The notes beneath the pieces were generated by a model, which was not told where the DNA came from, did no database searches, and saw nothing but the letters and a program-made list of their open reading frames with translations. Shown here in pieces: positions 21,101 to 32,031 of a DNA stretch of 64,000 nucleotides. Source of the stretch: Haplodiscus bocki (taxonomy: Eukaryota); assembly GCA_965655095.1 (NCBI GenBank), contig OZ296648.1:100502001-100566000 (forward strand), read 5' to 3'. Position numbers and translations under genes: made by a program. The first letter of the stretch is position 1. Every line of letters begins with the position of its first letter.

Positions 21101-24100
21101 ACCGCGCTTTGCCTTGAAGATCAATCCATTATACTGGTCAACATCAAGCTACAGAAATTTATATGTTTGCTGATTTGATTATGAAGTTTTTTTGGTACTC
21201 TCAATAAAACAAAGCATCCAAAGGTCTTCATTTTACGCGCGGGAAACAAATTCAGAGAAAATTTAAAATCATTCACACTTGGAGCCACAGAATCAGCTTC
21301 AAGTTAGCAAGTAGGCAGCCACAAAGAATGTAACTTGTTTGCATGCAGCATGATGTTTTCGTCTCCGATTCTTGCCACTTCATTAACGTTACAGCGTTTC
21401 TGCGATTTTGCACAGATGCTTTTTCTGTGGTGACTCTGAAACTCTACGAAACCAAGTTTCGTTAATTTGACAAAGTACTTTTCCAACATGCGTTGTATGG
21501 GTGGATTCAAAAACTGCAAGTAATTTTGCTTGCTTATATTCGTGAGTGGATTATTGAATATATGTCTTGAAACTAAATAGGTAGTGTGGCACAAACGCTT
21601 GATTCTGCAACAACTGCCCCGCAGTCCTTATGATTGCAACCGAGGCTCGTTGTGACCACTTGGGTTTCAGTACCATTTGGATTTCCAGCTCGTTTGAGAA
21701 TATTGGCTATTTCCTATACGAATTTCAGAAGTCCTAACCTAAAAGTGGAAAGAACGATTGTTGACAAGCTTTATAATCAAGCACACTTGGCCAACACCGG
21801 TAGATAATTGACAAAGGGATACAAAATCACGGTCGGGCCTGCGCCAAGTTTGCTTTTCATCAATGCTCGGCCAACGACAATCCGTCAAAAACAACACCCC
21901 AATGAATCTAACAGGAATGTTTGAAATGGCACGACAGATTGCAGTAGCGTGATCGATATAGATAGTTAAAGTGGCTCAACGCAATTTTTGATCCGCCTAA
22001 TAGACTCGTTTTTCTAATGAATCGAACCAGCGGATATTGATCCAAAAAGTTTCATTCAGTTTGGAACGGAAGGATGGAATGTCAGGAAAGCGTGCAGTAC
22101 CACGATGGATATAGAAAAAACGTCTCAACGGAATTTCTCCACCGTATTTTTGCCTTGTCCTTTGATTTCACCAATCCACTGGAGAAGGATCCGATATGTT
22201 GGATTCAGCTCGAAAAGTTTATATTTTCATAGCCAACAAACGTCACAAATGATATCAAGTTTTTCATTTGTCGCCACTGTTGGCTGAAACCATTAAAGGT
22301 AAAATGTACCAACAAACTTTCACAGCAACATTCAACCAAATTTGCTCAGTTTCAACTTGTAATCCAAAGCGATGCATTTTCTGCAAAATAGATTTTTGTC
22401 AATGCTTATCCCAAAAAGCTACTTCTCAAGCATGTCCGTATGAAGGTTTTGAATCGCTGAGACGAAATGCGTTGCTCATCGAGGAATATTAACCGAGGAA
22501 AGTTTGTATTTTAACGGAAAAATTTTTTGATCCATCTTTTGGATTGATGAAAAGACTTCTAGGAGAATTTGGTTGTCGAAGTAATGATCTCCACCGAGAT
22601 TTTTTTTCCTCTCCCAAAATAGGTAAAGCAGCCGGTGCGTAGAGAATGAAATCATTCTTTACCACCAATGCCTAGTTTTCAACAGACCACTATGGCTCCC
22701 GAGCTTGCTGAAGGCGGCCAGTATGGCCAGACAAGAATCACAAATGGCAATACGTATTTCAATTCCCTCAACATTACCGGAAGTCCCGACCGTGATTTTG
22801 TATCCCTTCGTCAATTATCTACCGGTGTTGGCCAAGTGTGCTTGATTATAAAGCTTGTCAACAATCGTTCTTTCCACTTTTAGGTTAGGACTTCTGAAAT
22901 TAGTATAGGAAATAGCCAATAATCTCAAACGAGCTGGAAATCCAAATGGTACTGAAACCCAAGTGGTCATAACGAGCCTCGGTTGCAATCATAAGGACTA
23001 CGGGGCAGTTGTTGCAGAATCAAGCGTTTGTACCACACTACCTATTTAGTTTCAAGACATATATTCAATAATCCACTCACGAATATAAGCAAGCAAAATT
23101 ACTTGCAGTTTTTGAATCCACCCATACAACGCATGTTGGAAAAGTACTTTGTCAAATTAACGAAACTTGGTTTCGTAGAGTTTCAGAGTCACCACAGAAA
23201 AAGCATCTGTGCAAAATCGCAGAACCGCTGTAACGTTAATGAAGTGGCAAGAATCGGAGACGAAAATATCATGCTGCATGCAAACAAGTTACATTCTTTG
23301 TGGCTGCCTACTTGCTAACTTGAAGCTGATTCTGTGGCTCCAAGTGTGAATGATTTTAAATTTTCTCTGAATTTGTTTCCCGCGCGTAAAATGAAGACCT
23401 TTGGATGCTTTGTTTTATTGAGAGTCCAAAAAACTTCATAATCAAATCAGCAAACATATAAATTTCTGTAGCTTGATGTTGACCAGTATAATGGATTGAT
23501 CTTCAAGTCAAAGCGCGGTAATTGAGAGGCTGGCGAGGGGCGTCGCAAAGTAATCGTCATAGGATCCAATCGCTCCATTGCCTAGAAGTTTGCATCGCCC
23601 TTTATTACCGACCGAAGTACAGTGCTTTTTGAAAATTACAGTTTCTTTTTCAATTTATAAAACACTTTGTTGACCTCTAAACCCGCAATTGGCTCCAAAT
23701 CCGTGAAACAAACAAAAAGGTCTGCTTCGTTTCAGAAAAAATACTGAGGTAAATTTTTAAAATAAATGTCAAAAGCACAACTCCGTGAAACCCGAGGCTG
23801 CCTAGGGATTATGGGAATGCTCTGGAGTTTGATTCGCTGTACCTCAGAAATCGGCAAAAGCCGTCCAAAACTAACTGTTACTTGATCCACTTGAGGCACT
23901 GCCTAAAGCTGTCTTCGTTTTCTGTTAGCTGTAGACTACTGTGCCTTGTTTGTCGTTTCAGAGAGTTTTCAAATTTACAGGTAGTCTGTTATCCTTCCAT
24001 ACTAGAGTATCTTCTGAAAGTTTGAGGTTCCATAAATTAGTATGAAAAGGAGTGCGGCATGTTGCCATGGTAAGTGGAATGAACCAACGTACTTTAGGTA

Positions 24101-27100
24101 TCCGTGTCTGTAGGGTTTGATGTTCAATGACTCGCTCGGAATATTGGCAAGTCAAGTCACAATTTTCTGTTTCCTGCAATAGCAAATTACCATGTGATTT
24201 TTTCTAAAAGGCTTTACGCTCACCAAGCCCTGAGAATCAATTGTTTCCCATGGCTCAGTTGTCAGGTATTGTTGGGGAGAATTTGCTTTAAACAGCAATT
24301 TTTTTATTTTTCTGTTACCAGGCAAATTCAACCCCACTTTCTGTGGTGAGCTTTCGAAAGCGCAGCATTTCAAACAACGATGTTTCCCGGAGAAAACTGG
24401 AAAAGACAATTTTAGAGATCTGTCTTTTCCGGCTGGATGCGACAAGAATTTTTTCATCTCATATACGGTTTTTCTGATAGCCCAAACATTTGCATCAAAT
24501 GCTGAATTTAGTTTTTAGGAGTGAATTATCTTTCATGATACGGATTTTAGAAGAACGTCTTTTTCGAAGTTTCTCGTTCCAGCATTGTGAAGTGAACGTG
24601 AAATGCTGTTGAAAGTTGTTTTTTTTTTTGGATTTGTACATCAAATATTTAGTTGAGTTGGAAGATGCAAAATCATCTTTTTATGATGCGAATTTGCATA
24701 CGCACAACCTGTTCAGAAATTGTCTTTTTGTGTTGGGCAAAAACGTTTCGTTTCGATAGCGCTTTCAGTTTATGGGCATGAGATGTTCAGTCGAGTTCGT
24801 AAAAGCAATTCCGTCTTCTTCGAACTCTTTTTTTTTTAGAAGGGACGACCTTTTAAGAAAGTAATTCTGTGTTTGACATTGCTCGATGAAGGTTTACTTG
24901 TTTTCAAAAGTGGTTTTGAGAATGCCCAAACTTTGACATATTTTGTTTAATTGAGTTCGGAGGAGTGAAAATCTGTTTTTTTTTCGGTGATAATCTGCGA
25001 AAGAAAAGTGTTTCAACACTGTACCTTTGTTCTCAACTTTTGCACGGAGCACTTTTAACTGTTTTCAAATAATTTTTTTAGGTCGCCCAACGTTGTTGAT
25101 TTAATGTTAGTTGAGTTCGGGGCTGTAAAATAGTCCTCTTTGTTATGCATTTGCCAACGAACGCCATTTTTGGCAAGTTTTTTTGTTCTCGACACCGTGC
25201 AATTTACTTTTACTTGTTTCCAGTTGTAGTTTATAAACTCGGTGAAACATTTACCGCAAATTTCAAGTCGAAGGCACGAAAGTATTACTATCTTTTTGGA
25301 TGTGATTTTAGACAAGTAACAATTTTTCAGAGTGGAATTTTGTTGTCGGCGTTGTTCGAACGTTTACTTGTTTTCCAGTTTGGTATTTGGGCTGAAAGTT
25401 ATTTCCAGTCAAAAATTTATTTGAATTCAGAGAGCATAGTGTATCGTGCTCGATGTGATTTTACGAATGAACGATATTGTCTTGAAATGAACGATCTTTT
25501 CAGAATGTATTTTCGTTTTCGCAATTGCTCGATGGTTGTTCAATTGTTTTTAAATACAGTTTTCAGACCGCTGAACGTTGTTTTTTCGGTAGTTGATTTC
25601 CTACGTGTAAAAGCGATTTTTCGATTTGATTTTGTGAAGAAATGACGTTTTCAGAACATATATTTGCTTTTAAAATTGCTCGATGATTGTTTACTCATTT
25701 TTGAATATGGTGCCTGGGTTCGCTCAGACTGTTTATCAATTGCTGAGTGAATATCTAGATATAAAACCGCGGTCAATTTGAAAGAACAACGAAATTAGAT
25801 TTTTTTTGGTTTTTGGCTTCTTGCAACAAAATGTTTTCTGAAAGTCTTTTGCTTTTCGAAAACATGAGACTAATAATTGTTTTCAAATATGGTTTTGGAG
25901 TTCGGCTAGACGTTTGTTTCAAGTGTCTACTAGAGTATATGCATTGGAACTGCTTTTCCATGAAACCACGGAACCTTATTTCATCAATGTTAGCTTTTGT
26001 TTCAATGGTAGTTTAGTTCAATGTCGAATGTGTAAAGCGCCTTTCGATTTGATTTTGCGAACGGTTGACGTTTCCAGGAAGTCATTCTGTTTTGGCGACA
26101 AGCAGCTAACGTTTGCTTGTATTCGAAAATGGTTTTTGGACTCGTTAAAACGTTCACATCACTTCTCACGTGTGAAAATATGAAAATTTAAACCATCTTT
26201 GCCACTGTGAATTGCGGAGGAACAATCTTTTCTTAAAGTACTTTTGTCTTCTTAATTGCTGAACGAACATTTACTTGTTTTTGAATATCGTACTTTGGCT
26301 CCCCTGACTGTTCATCAGAAGTTAAGTGAAATTCAGAGATACAAAACTACTCTCGATGCGAATGAATAACAATGTCTGAAAGTAATTTGGTTTTGGCTTC
26401 TTGCAATCAATGCTTGATTTTTTCCAAAAACTTGATCATCAAATGTTCAGTGAAGTTGGGAGGTGAAAGGCAGCTTTTGGATGCGAGTTTTCAAAAGAAC
26501 GGAATTTTCTTAAAGCGTTTTGGTTTAGGCAATATGAGATATTTGTTCAATTTTTTACAAATAGTGTTTTTTAGGCTCGGCCTTACGTTAGTTTAGATTG
26601 TTTACAAGAGCTTAGGCATTGGAACTACTTTTTCATGGACGCAAGGCCTTGCATAGAGAACAAAAATCTTGCAGATTAGTTTCGCATACTTGACATTTTT
26701 TGTCCCTTTGTGCCCTCTGTACTTCTGTTTGTATGTTTTCAAATAGCTGTCAAAGCTGTCTATAGGTTGAACTGGATAAGCTGTCAAAAAGTTAAACTTA
26801 GAATTGGTAACGTATTAAGATTGAGGAGCAATAAGTGGCTCTAACGCGACTTCCAAATATGGAAAGAGCCATAAGTGGCTCTAAACCCCCTTCCCATACT
26901 ACTAATAGGTTTCAGTTTATCTCCTGGTGGTATATGTTAGGGGTATCCCGAATAATTTTTGACCAATAATGCAAAATTTTTCGTACATATGAACGTTCTT
27001 TTCCCGTTGCTGGGCCTTAATCATGGTTCTGAAACTAATGGGTATCCTAAATACCCTAAATGTTTTGGGCCCGGAGCAGTTTGTCGTCTACGCCGTGGAA

Positions 27101-30100
27101 AACAAGACTGATTGTAATAGTCGGGTTCTTTTGTTCAAAGCGTTTTTAAAGTTTAATTAAACTGTAAAACATTAACCAAACTTTAAAAACGAAGCCATAC
27201 AGCCTCAACCTTCTTAAAAGCATTGGGTTTAGTTTGTAGGCTAGATAATTTTAGCTGCCTTTCTTGGAAATGTACCGCAAGCATTAAATGCTGCTTATTT
27301 TTGGCAAGCAGCCTTCTCCATAGAGTGGGATATTGGTTTTTACGGCTGATCTGATGCAAATAAATTCTGCTTCAGCTGAGTTAGACTGCTTTTTGTTTAG
27401 ATGAAAGTTTAGAGCTGATAGTTGAATCCTTGAAACAGATCGATCGCCCTTCAAAAGACTTTAAACCGCTGATCGTGGTACACGCAAATGCTGATGAGCT
27501 AGTGTGTTTATCAGAAGGTTCTTCTAGATCAGTTGAAGAGATGCAGATTGATCTTAAAGATCGTGGGGGTGACCTTGAGAACATCAAAAGAGAACCATCA
27601 GACGAAGAAGAGCCGGAGAAAATTGTATTGGCCAGATTTTCAATCGAAAAGTGTTCAAAACAATCTCAACTTGTTTCGGTAGATGGAGAAAAAGATGCTA
27701 ATGCCGAAGTTTGGAAAGTCGAGACTTCTGGGGATCCTATACAGTCATCAGTTCAAATTGGATCAGAAGAACTAGATGAGTCAGCTACAATTCTTAAAGT
27801 GAAAAAAATTGGACCAGTTTTAGGTCAAGATAAAGCTAAATTTCGTCATGTTTGTTTGACAACAAATAAACTTTTCGATGGTACTTTGCTCGATGAAAAG
27901 TCTCCTAATTTCTTACTCTGTGACTCAGATTCGTTGCAGCTGTTTGATAATTGTTTCGCGAAAGTTGAAGGTTCTGAATTCAGCAACACTACCATGTTTG
28001 TGAAGTCGAAGCTGGCGACGACGAAAGGTGTGGAGAAAAGACAGATGGGAAAGATGATGTGTTTGTCACCCTTGGGATTGGCATGTGCTGTTTATGATCC
28101 AGGTAATGAAATTGCCGAATTTAAGTTACCCCAGGGTAAATGTGTTCCAGTGGTAGTAGTTGCGATTGATATTTAGGCAGGAGCCGTCCGAATTATTTGT
28201 TTGAGGTCAACACAGTATAAAATTGAACTACAAAACTGGTTGTAATTAAGTGAACTCGTGAGCAAGAAATTTGTAGCCCAAAATCTCCAGTAACTTTTTT
28301 CCACAAAGTAATAAGAACAACAAAAATCTTTTAGATTTTTAATAAAATAACAAAAGTTTTGATCGATGGAAATCGGATGAATTTTCAGTGAGTTTGAGAC
28401 CCCCTTCTTTGGGCATTTTCACCAATTTTCCTATTTTTTTCAGTGTTTTAATCAAATTGCCTTAGACTTTCTGTGAAGTAATTTTCCGTTTTGAAAAATG
28501 TACGGTTTTCAGGTGCCGAAAATGCGATTTACATTTATTAAGATAGGGTAGAGCGGTTTCGCTTCCCTCTATAGGCGTGAACTTTCGAAGTAATGATTTG
28601 TCAAAAAAAAATCGTAGAAATCATGTTTGAGGGCAGATGAAAGCTAACTTATTGTACCTGGAAGTTCTTTTATATCCTTTGTAGGTGATGAGATTTTTGA
28701 GAAAAAGCTCGAATTTGGCCAAAAATAGCCATAATGAGGGTGGTCATTAACAAGTGATCGAACAAAATTACTAATAAAATTCAAAAAACGTTCGCTTTTC
28801 CTGTTTTCTCGTAAAATTGATATGCTTTGAAAAAATAGGCACAATACTTGCTTAGTTTTACTCAGGAGTTGACCTAATTCAAATTAGTGCTGCATTTTCA
28901 AACGTGAATTAAATTAATTAAGCAGGACAATTTTTGAGTTGAGTTCGAAGTGATAAAACTTGTGCAAGGAGTTCAAGCTCTAGGGATGGAATTAGTAAAA
29001 CCAGGTTTGAAAATATTTTAGGCCTAGCTGAAAAGTTCTTGTAAATTTTTACCTCTCTGTATTGATATTGGAAATTTATCCGCTCAAAAACTACTTAATT
29101 GAGATGTTCAGGCAACCTCGCTAACTCAGTTTCTCCCAGTTATGACGGCTCTTAAAGACAGATTCAAGTGTTATGCCGGCTCTGGTTTGTTCTGCGTGGG
29201 ATCAGTTCATTGTCAGTTTCTGATAAAATGGACTGTATAATGATTTCTTCGAAGGACTAGTCTTTAACTACTCCCACGTGTCGATATCTTCAATTTCTGT
29301 ATTGTCAACTCTCGAACGAAGCGCTCCAGTGATAATAATTTCTCTCTAAATTGAGGATTGGCTCCCTATTTCGACGCTGAAGAAATCATTCACAATAGAA
29401 TTTCGAGTTATTAACCAACGTTCGTCCTGGCATCAATTTTGGTTCTGTCCAGTTTAGAAAGTTCGACGTAATTATAAACTTCAAAGATATCAAGATTGAA
29501 TCTGTCCGAAGTTAACTACGTTCCAATTGACCAGTTAAATAATAAGAAGCTGATAATCTTAGGGTTGACGGTATGTGCTGCAAATACAGCTGAAGATAAG
29601 CTGCGGAATACGCTGAATAAATATTATTTCACTAAAATTAGTTCGTTAATTTCGATGCAAGTTAGTGGGTTTGTTTACCAAACAGATTCTGTTAGTCCGA
29701 AACCAAAAGTGACTTTGATGAAACACTATTTTACCTCGTTGAAATACTAATGGCGTCATCGGGGTCAGATAAAAATTGATTGATTAAGGTTTATATATCT
29801 CTAGGATGCTTGAAAGCCATTTGAAAAGAATGACTATTGGCCAGAAAAAAATGGAAGGTTTTTTCGTTAATCAAAAAAGTGAACGAAAAGTTTTACCACC
29901 GTCAAGGCTAGAACCGGGCTTTAAGATTCACATATATGTGAAAATGACTTCTATGTAAACATTACTGTCAGAACGGGATCATTTGGCATTCTAAATGTTA
30001 GCATCATAAATCCAACAAGTTAAATAGTTGAAAAGCGCATAATAGTTACTGAGGACAAGTCGGGAAAAGTGCCAACTTGAAGCGTTTCCTATATGTGCGT

Positions 30101-31899
30101 TTTTCAGTGGTGTCAAAAGTATTGATCAAATCGCTTGCCTTTCAAGTTCGGAACATAAGAAATGAAATATATATAGTTTATCTTAAAAATGCGTAATTAA
30201 ATACTTGGCCTGATGAAAAAATTGACGATTCCTTTCCATTACCTTTTTCGCCTTGATGGGTATGTCTAGTTTTCTATCAACTTCTTTAGAGTTGGAGCGC
30301 GTCGAGGTTTCATTGCTTTCATGTGCAATCAAAACCCTATCTGGAAAAGGGTTTGGAACTGATTTAGAGTCAGCGCAATTGAATTCAGAAAGGCTGCTCA
30401 AAATAACCAACACACTTTTTGTGGGAGGCCTCTGTGCCGGCAAAGACTTGTGGGACTTGACCATGCTGCTCAGACGAACTTTGTCTCATGAACAACTGTT
30501 CACGTGTTTGCAAAGCATTTTCAGAATGTGAGTACTTTTTCATAATTTTCATGTACAATTTTTCAATTCATCAAATTGTATGTCAAATCACACAAAATTG
30601 ATAAGCTGTTTTCACCTATATGGAAAAATAGTGGTCGATTTTCTCAACAATCAAAAAAGTTTTGATAACAATATCAAATCTTCGTAGAGCTTAGTTACAC
30701 TTGCGCAAGTTAAAAAACTCTTGACTTTACACCTCAGCTAAAATCTCTATTTGTTGATAAAAATTGAGTGAAGTATTTGCCAAAAATTTTACCTAGTAAC
30801 AATTTTAGCTTTTGTTTTCAGATCCGGGAACATTTCTTTTTGGTTGGAAAAAGTATTATTCGCGTGCAATGCGCTAGCTTTCAAAGAATCAAATTGTTCC
30901 CATCCGTTGACTTGTTTTGGATTAAACTTGCAAATGAACCTTTCAATGATCTACAAATTTTTTCGCCTCATTCACAACTCCGTGGGAACAAGTTTATGGA
31001 CGAAATTCGACAGTTTTATTGACACTTCTGGTCCTGATTTGGTCGATGCTGTTATTCTAACAGAGTTCGAGCATCTTCTTATAAAAGAAACTGAGTTCAT
31101 GTTGATTTTGCCCCACATTCAGTACATTTATGACAATCTTCTTTTACTGTTCGAGTGTTTTGCGCAAAAACGATTTTCTACCTTTGTAAATTTGAAAGCA
31201 CTTTTGCTTTTATTCAAAAATGTCCTCATATTCACAACTTTATGGCTGTCTCAGTCTTCGCTGAGAGCGAAACATTACCCGGTAGTTCAAAAATGTACGT
31301 CTTCAATTGACATGAAACAGTTTTATTCTCTAGTTTACCAACTCAATTCTGTTTTCTCACTCGGCGAAATGCCAATTGAAGAAACATTGCAGCCTATCAT
31401 TAACAAAATTCAATCATTTCTGAGACTTTTCAAACCAGTAATACTCAGCCAAAAACTCGCTAGCTTAGGCTGCCCTCATCTAACAGGCATCTACAGCGTG
31501 AATTCTCTCAAGAATGCTGTTATTGTACCACGTGACATGGAATCGGTCATGACTTCTCCCAGCGACTGTTCGGAGTCAATGTTGGATGACGTCAGATTTA
31601 TGCGGCTCGGTGTTCGTCCGATAGTGAGTTTGAAAAAATGTGTGAAATGTGGTCGCAAACAAGGACTAAGAGCCAAGAAACAGTTTAAGTGGCCGCTTTG
31701 GGAAGCAATGTTTGACCAGACTTGCATTTGTGGAGGTTTGTGGAGACGAGAGAACAGGAAATTTAATGCAGCTTTATCCAATAGCATTTCAACTACAGCG
31801 GGTGATAATCCTTCGACAATTGGCGCGAATGTATCTTCGCAAGGCGAAAGTAAATCTCAAAATATCCATCAGCAATCTAGTCAGATATCGTCGCAGTAA
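5796..31899 (+). CDS. MED16: Mediator of RNA polymerase II transcription subunit 16; join(5796..6104,9245..9569,12083..12541,27401..28102,30290..30527,30822..31899), about 1036 aa
   Basis: All junctions are GT-AG and phase-consistent (0,1,1,1,2); total 3111 nt. Motifs match recalled MED16: LDWSHSGLIAVA ~ AWSCRNLIAF, IALFDANEPH..TEHH ~ ILDTEHPW..SEHH, GLCAGKDLWDL ~ CMVTGYDWWDI, and C-terminal KKCVKCG...W...CICGGLW ~ CTRCG...W...CLCGGLW. Extra small exons in the long introns cannot be excluded. Confidence 0.88.
6617..8559 (-). mobile_element. hAT DNA transposon, full length, in MED16 intron 1
   Basis: Perfect 8-bp TSD CATAAAGA at 6609-6616 and 8560-8567. Imperfect terminal inverted repeats (TIRs) CAGGGTTAGTC / CAGGGTTGGGC. 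Subterminal GTTTTTTAT repeats at both ends. Encloses the transposase ORF. Confidence 0.95.
6772..8412 (-). CDS. hAT-family transposase, 546 aa (BED finger, DDE core, C-terminal dimerisation domain)
   Basis: BED finger IWAFF...CDQC...H...C; catalytic motifs LALDGWS, IVTDNAANM and SAGIERQFS; CxxH (CNAH); TRWNS; C-terminal AWW...RNQL. No stops or frameshifts. Confidence 0.95.
   Translation of the reverse strand: MGRNKHEIWAFFSEKTNDDGSPRAECDQCGHNMVPLVARMKVHHQHCSRAHSTPTLSQSTETYSTPDTTEPPAKALRQGTLGFGSTSSSMQHQLDLQFTRYIISSNTPFLQAENRQLGKLFDMLRPGSKVPSRKRVAGQLLEEVYAEEKQKVVKLLKDANVTLALDGWSTLQNEPIIGVSISVNGSCYLVNTIDTSGKSHDSDYLTELLKEEKLKVEKEFEVHVTSIVTDNAANMASMRRQITSEESVILHCYGCNAHIGNLLAKDIISAAEYKAPIGKIVQVLKHFRNRHQESGQLKEKNVPRPPLPIETRWNSVCESLEYFITHWSDLACIVNSNLKPSENVYKYMEDILLKRAATDMVEVLKPIKNAINNFQREDCNLAECFEIWNDMRGQFPTQFQSHLTKRADLAVQDCMLAANVLDHRFGGKNLMPIELTRAKAFIKGLDASVTAELTQYLAKEPPYCEDLFDETQQDVRPAAWWKCGQRLGFDSKLIAVSLPLVTATGASAGIERQFSTLGMTYGKLRNQLGHEKAAKLAFMYRQLNKK
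8844..9149 (-). mobile_element. MITE-like element with GGGTCGTTTTT TIRs enclosing two tRNA-like modules
   Basis: GGGTCGTTTTTTCTTTCAGT ... ACTGAAGAAAAAGAAAAACGACCC. The minus strand carries TAGCACAGTGG..GTTCGATTC (about 8922-8980) and GGCAGTGG..GGTTCGAATC..CGCCA (about 9031-9096). Confidence 0.6.
9245..9569 (+). CDS. MED16: MED16 coding exon 2
   Basis: ttttgtag| ETQ...YTMLSWHPHTNMLAAVKNNSSIDIWS...FYSE |gttagt; a WD-like blade resembling ITCLEWDQSGSRLLSAD..IKCWS. Confidence 0.85.
11059..11579. mobile_element. Foldback/Mutator-like MITE with tandem-repeat arms
   Basis: The left arm of CCCAAAATACCCA repeats mirrors the right arm of TGGGTATTTTGGG repeats. GG...CC termini; 9-bp TSD gttaaaatc / attaaaatc (one mismatch). 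Three internal copies of TTTTGTCTCACAGTGYCGAAAA. Confidence 0.75.
11650..11966. repeat. Degenerate repeat-element fragment built from TCTTGCAAG-like motifs
   Basis: Many tcttgc/gcaag motifs, ending TTTTCCAGGG at 11966; left end not resolved. Confidence 0.4.
12083..12541 (+). CDS. MED16: MED16 coding exon 3
   Basis: tttcgcag| NLASNW...HLPLFDG...AFGVVTSSGYLVVTV...NNN |gtaagt; phases fit both neighbouring exons. Confidence 0.82.
12622..13426. mobile_element. Non-autonomous DNA element with CCC...GGG ends and clustered TCAGCGCTG subterminal repeats
   Basis: Begins CCCAGAG and ends CACGGG. About ten (C)AGCGCTG-like palindromic motifs cluster at 12644-12845 and 13278-13400 around an AT-rich core. 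Confidence 0.6.
17817..18060 (-). pseudogene. Decayed RNase HI-like fragment, probably retroelement-derived
   Basis: IKYGLTAGDVIWRVRDRRKAQNGISLNELI...LSNHRVEFIKVNARHADYEWN resembles the C-terminal half of RNase HI (GIT.W...W....WK......N..L...H.I.W..VKGH.G...NE). Ends in a premature stop. Confidence 0.35.
18700..19095 (+). repeat. Degenerate tandem repeat, 4 units of about 105-125 bp
   Basis: Recurring GGAC..[CG]TAGAATGCAGTT.TGACAACCCTG-like motif near 18703, 18822, 18947 and 19050. Confidence 0.6.
19712..21837 (-). repeat. Left arm of a ~2.1-kb inverted repeat
   Basis: Reverse complement of 22785-24906. The mirrored ORF pairs 21304-21594(-)/23028-23318(+), 20435-20662(+)/23958-24185(-) and 20164(+)/24457(-) are nearly identical. 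Confidence 0.95.
22785..24906 (+). repeat. Right arm of a ~2.1-kb inverted repeat
   Basis: Runs from CCCGACCGTGATTTTGTATCCC to GGTTTACTTGTTTTCA; only scattered substitutions and small indels relative to the left arm. Confidence 0.95.
24860..26420 (+). repeat. Degenerate tandem array with a TTGCTCGATGA..GTTTACTTGTTTTT-like motif
   Basis: Motif variants near 24879, 25350, 25524, 25675 and 26255; TTTTGGCTTCTTGCAA at about 25811 and 26391. Confidence 0.5.
27401..28102 (+). CDS. MED16: MED16 coding exon 4
   Basis: ttttgtttag| ESLELIVESLKQ...MMCLSPLGLACAVYDP |gtaatg; a 702-nt open frame, phase 1 at both ends. Confidence 0.82.
30290..30527 (+). CDS. MED16: MED16 coding exon 5
   Basis: cttctttag| LERVEV...GLCAGKDLWDLTMLL...IFR |gtgagt. 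Confidence 0.85.
30822..31899 (+). CDS. MED16: MED16 terminal coding exon 6
   Basis: ttgttttcag| SGNISFWLEKV...LDDVRFMRLG...KKCVKCG...CICGGLWRR...stop. Confidence 0.9.
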
Positions 31900-32025
31900 T
31901 GGAGTTTATTTTTTGTTTTGAAAAGACAAAATTTTGTTGAATGCAGACTTGTGTACTGTTGAATTCGATGTATTGGGTAGCGAACAGTTTCTTCAAATGA
32001 AATTTGCTCTAATGTCAGCCTTTTG

Positions 32026-32031
32026 AATAAA
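32026..32031 (+). terminator. Probable MED16 polyadenylation signal
   Basis: First AATAAA after the stop codon, about 127 nt downstream. Confidence 0.5.

Noticed and set aside
20103-24457. Duplicated short ORFs suggesting a paralogous gene pair
   Set aside because: They follow from the inverted repeat; there are no recognisable domains, several starts are non-ATG, and one pair differs by a frameshift.
26830-26885. ATAAGTGGCTCTAA direct repeat with a GAGCCA..TGGCTC palindrome
   Set aside because: Only two copies and no boundaries or TSD; probably a small repeat remnant with no supportable function.
28103-28176. Treating ORF 27430-28176 as a standalone gene ending at its own stop
   Set aside because: The donor at 28103 joins in phase to 30290, which carries the next MED16 motif.
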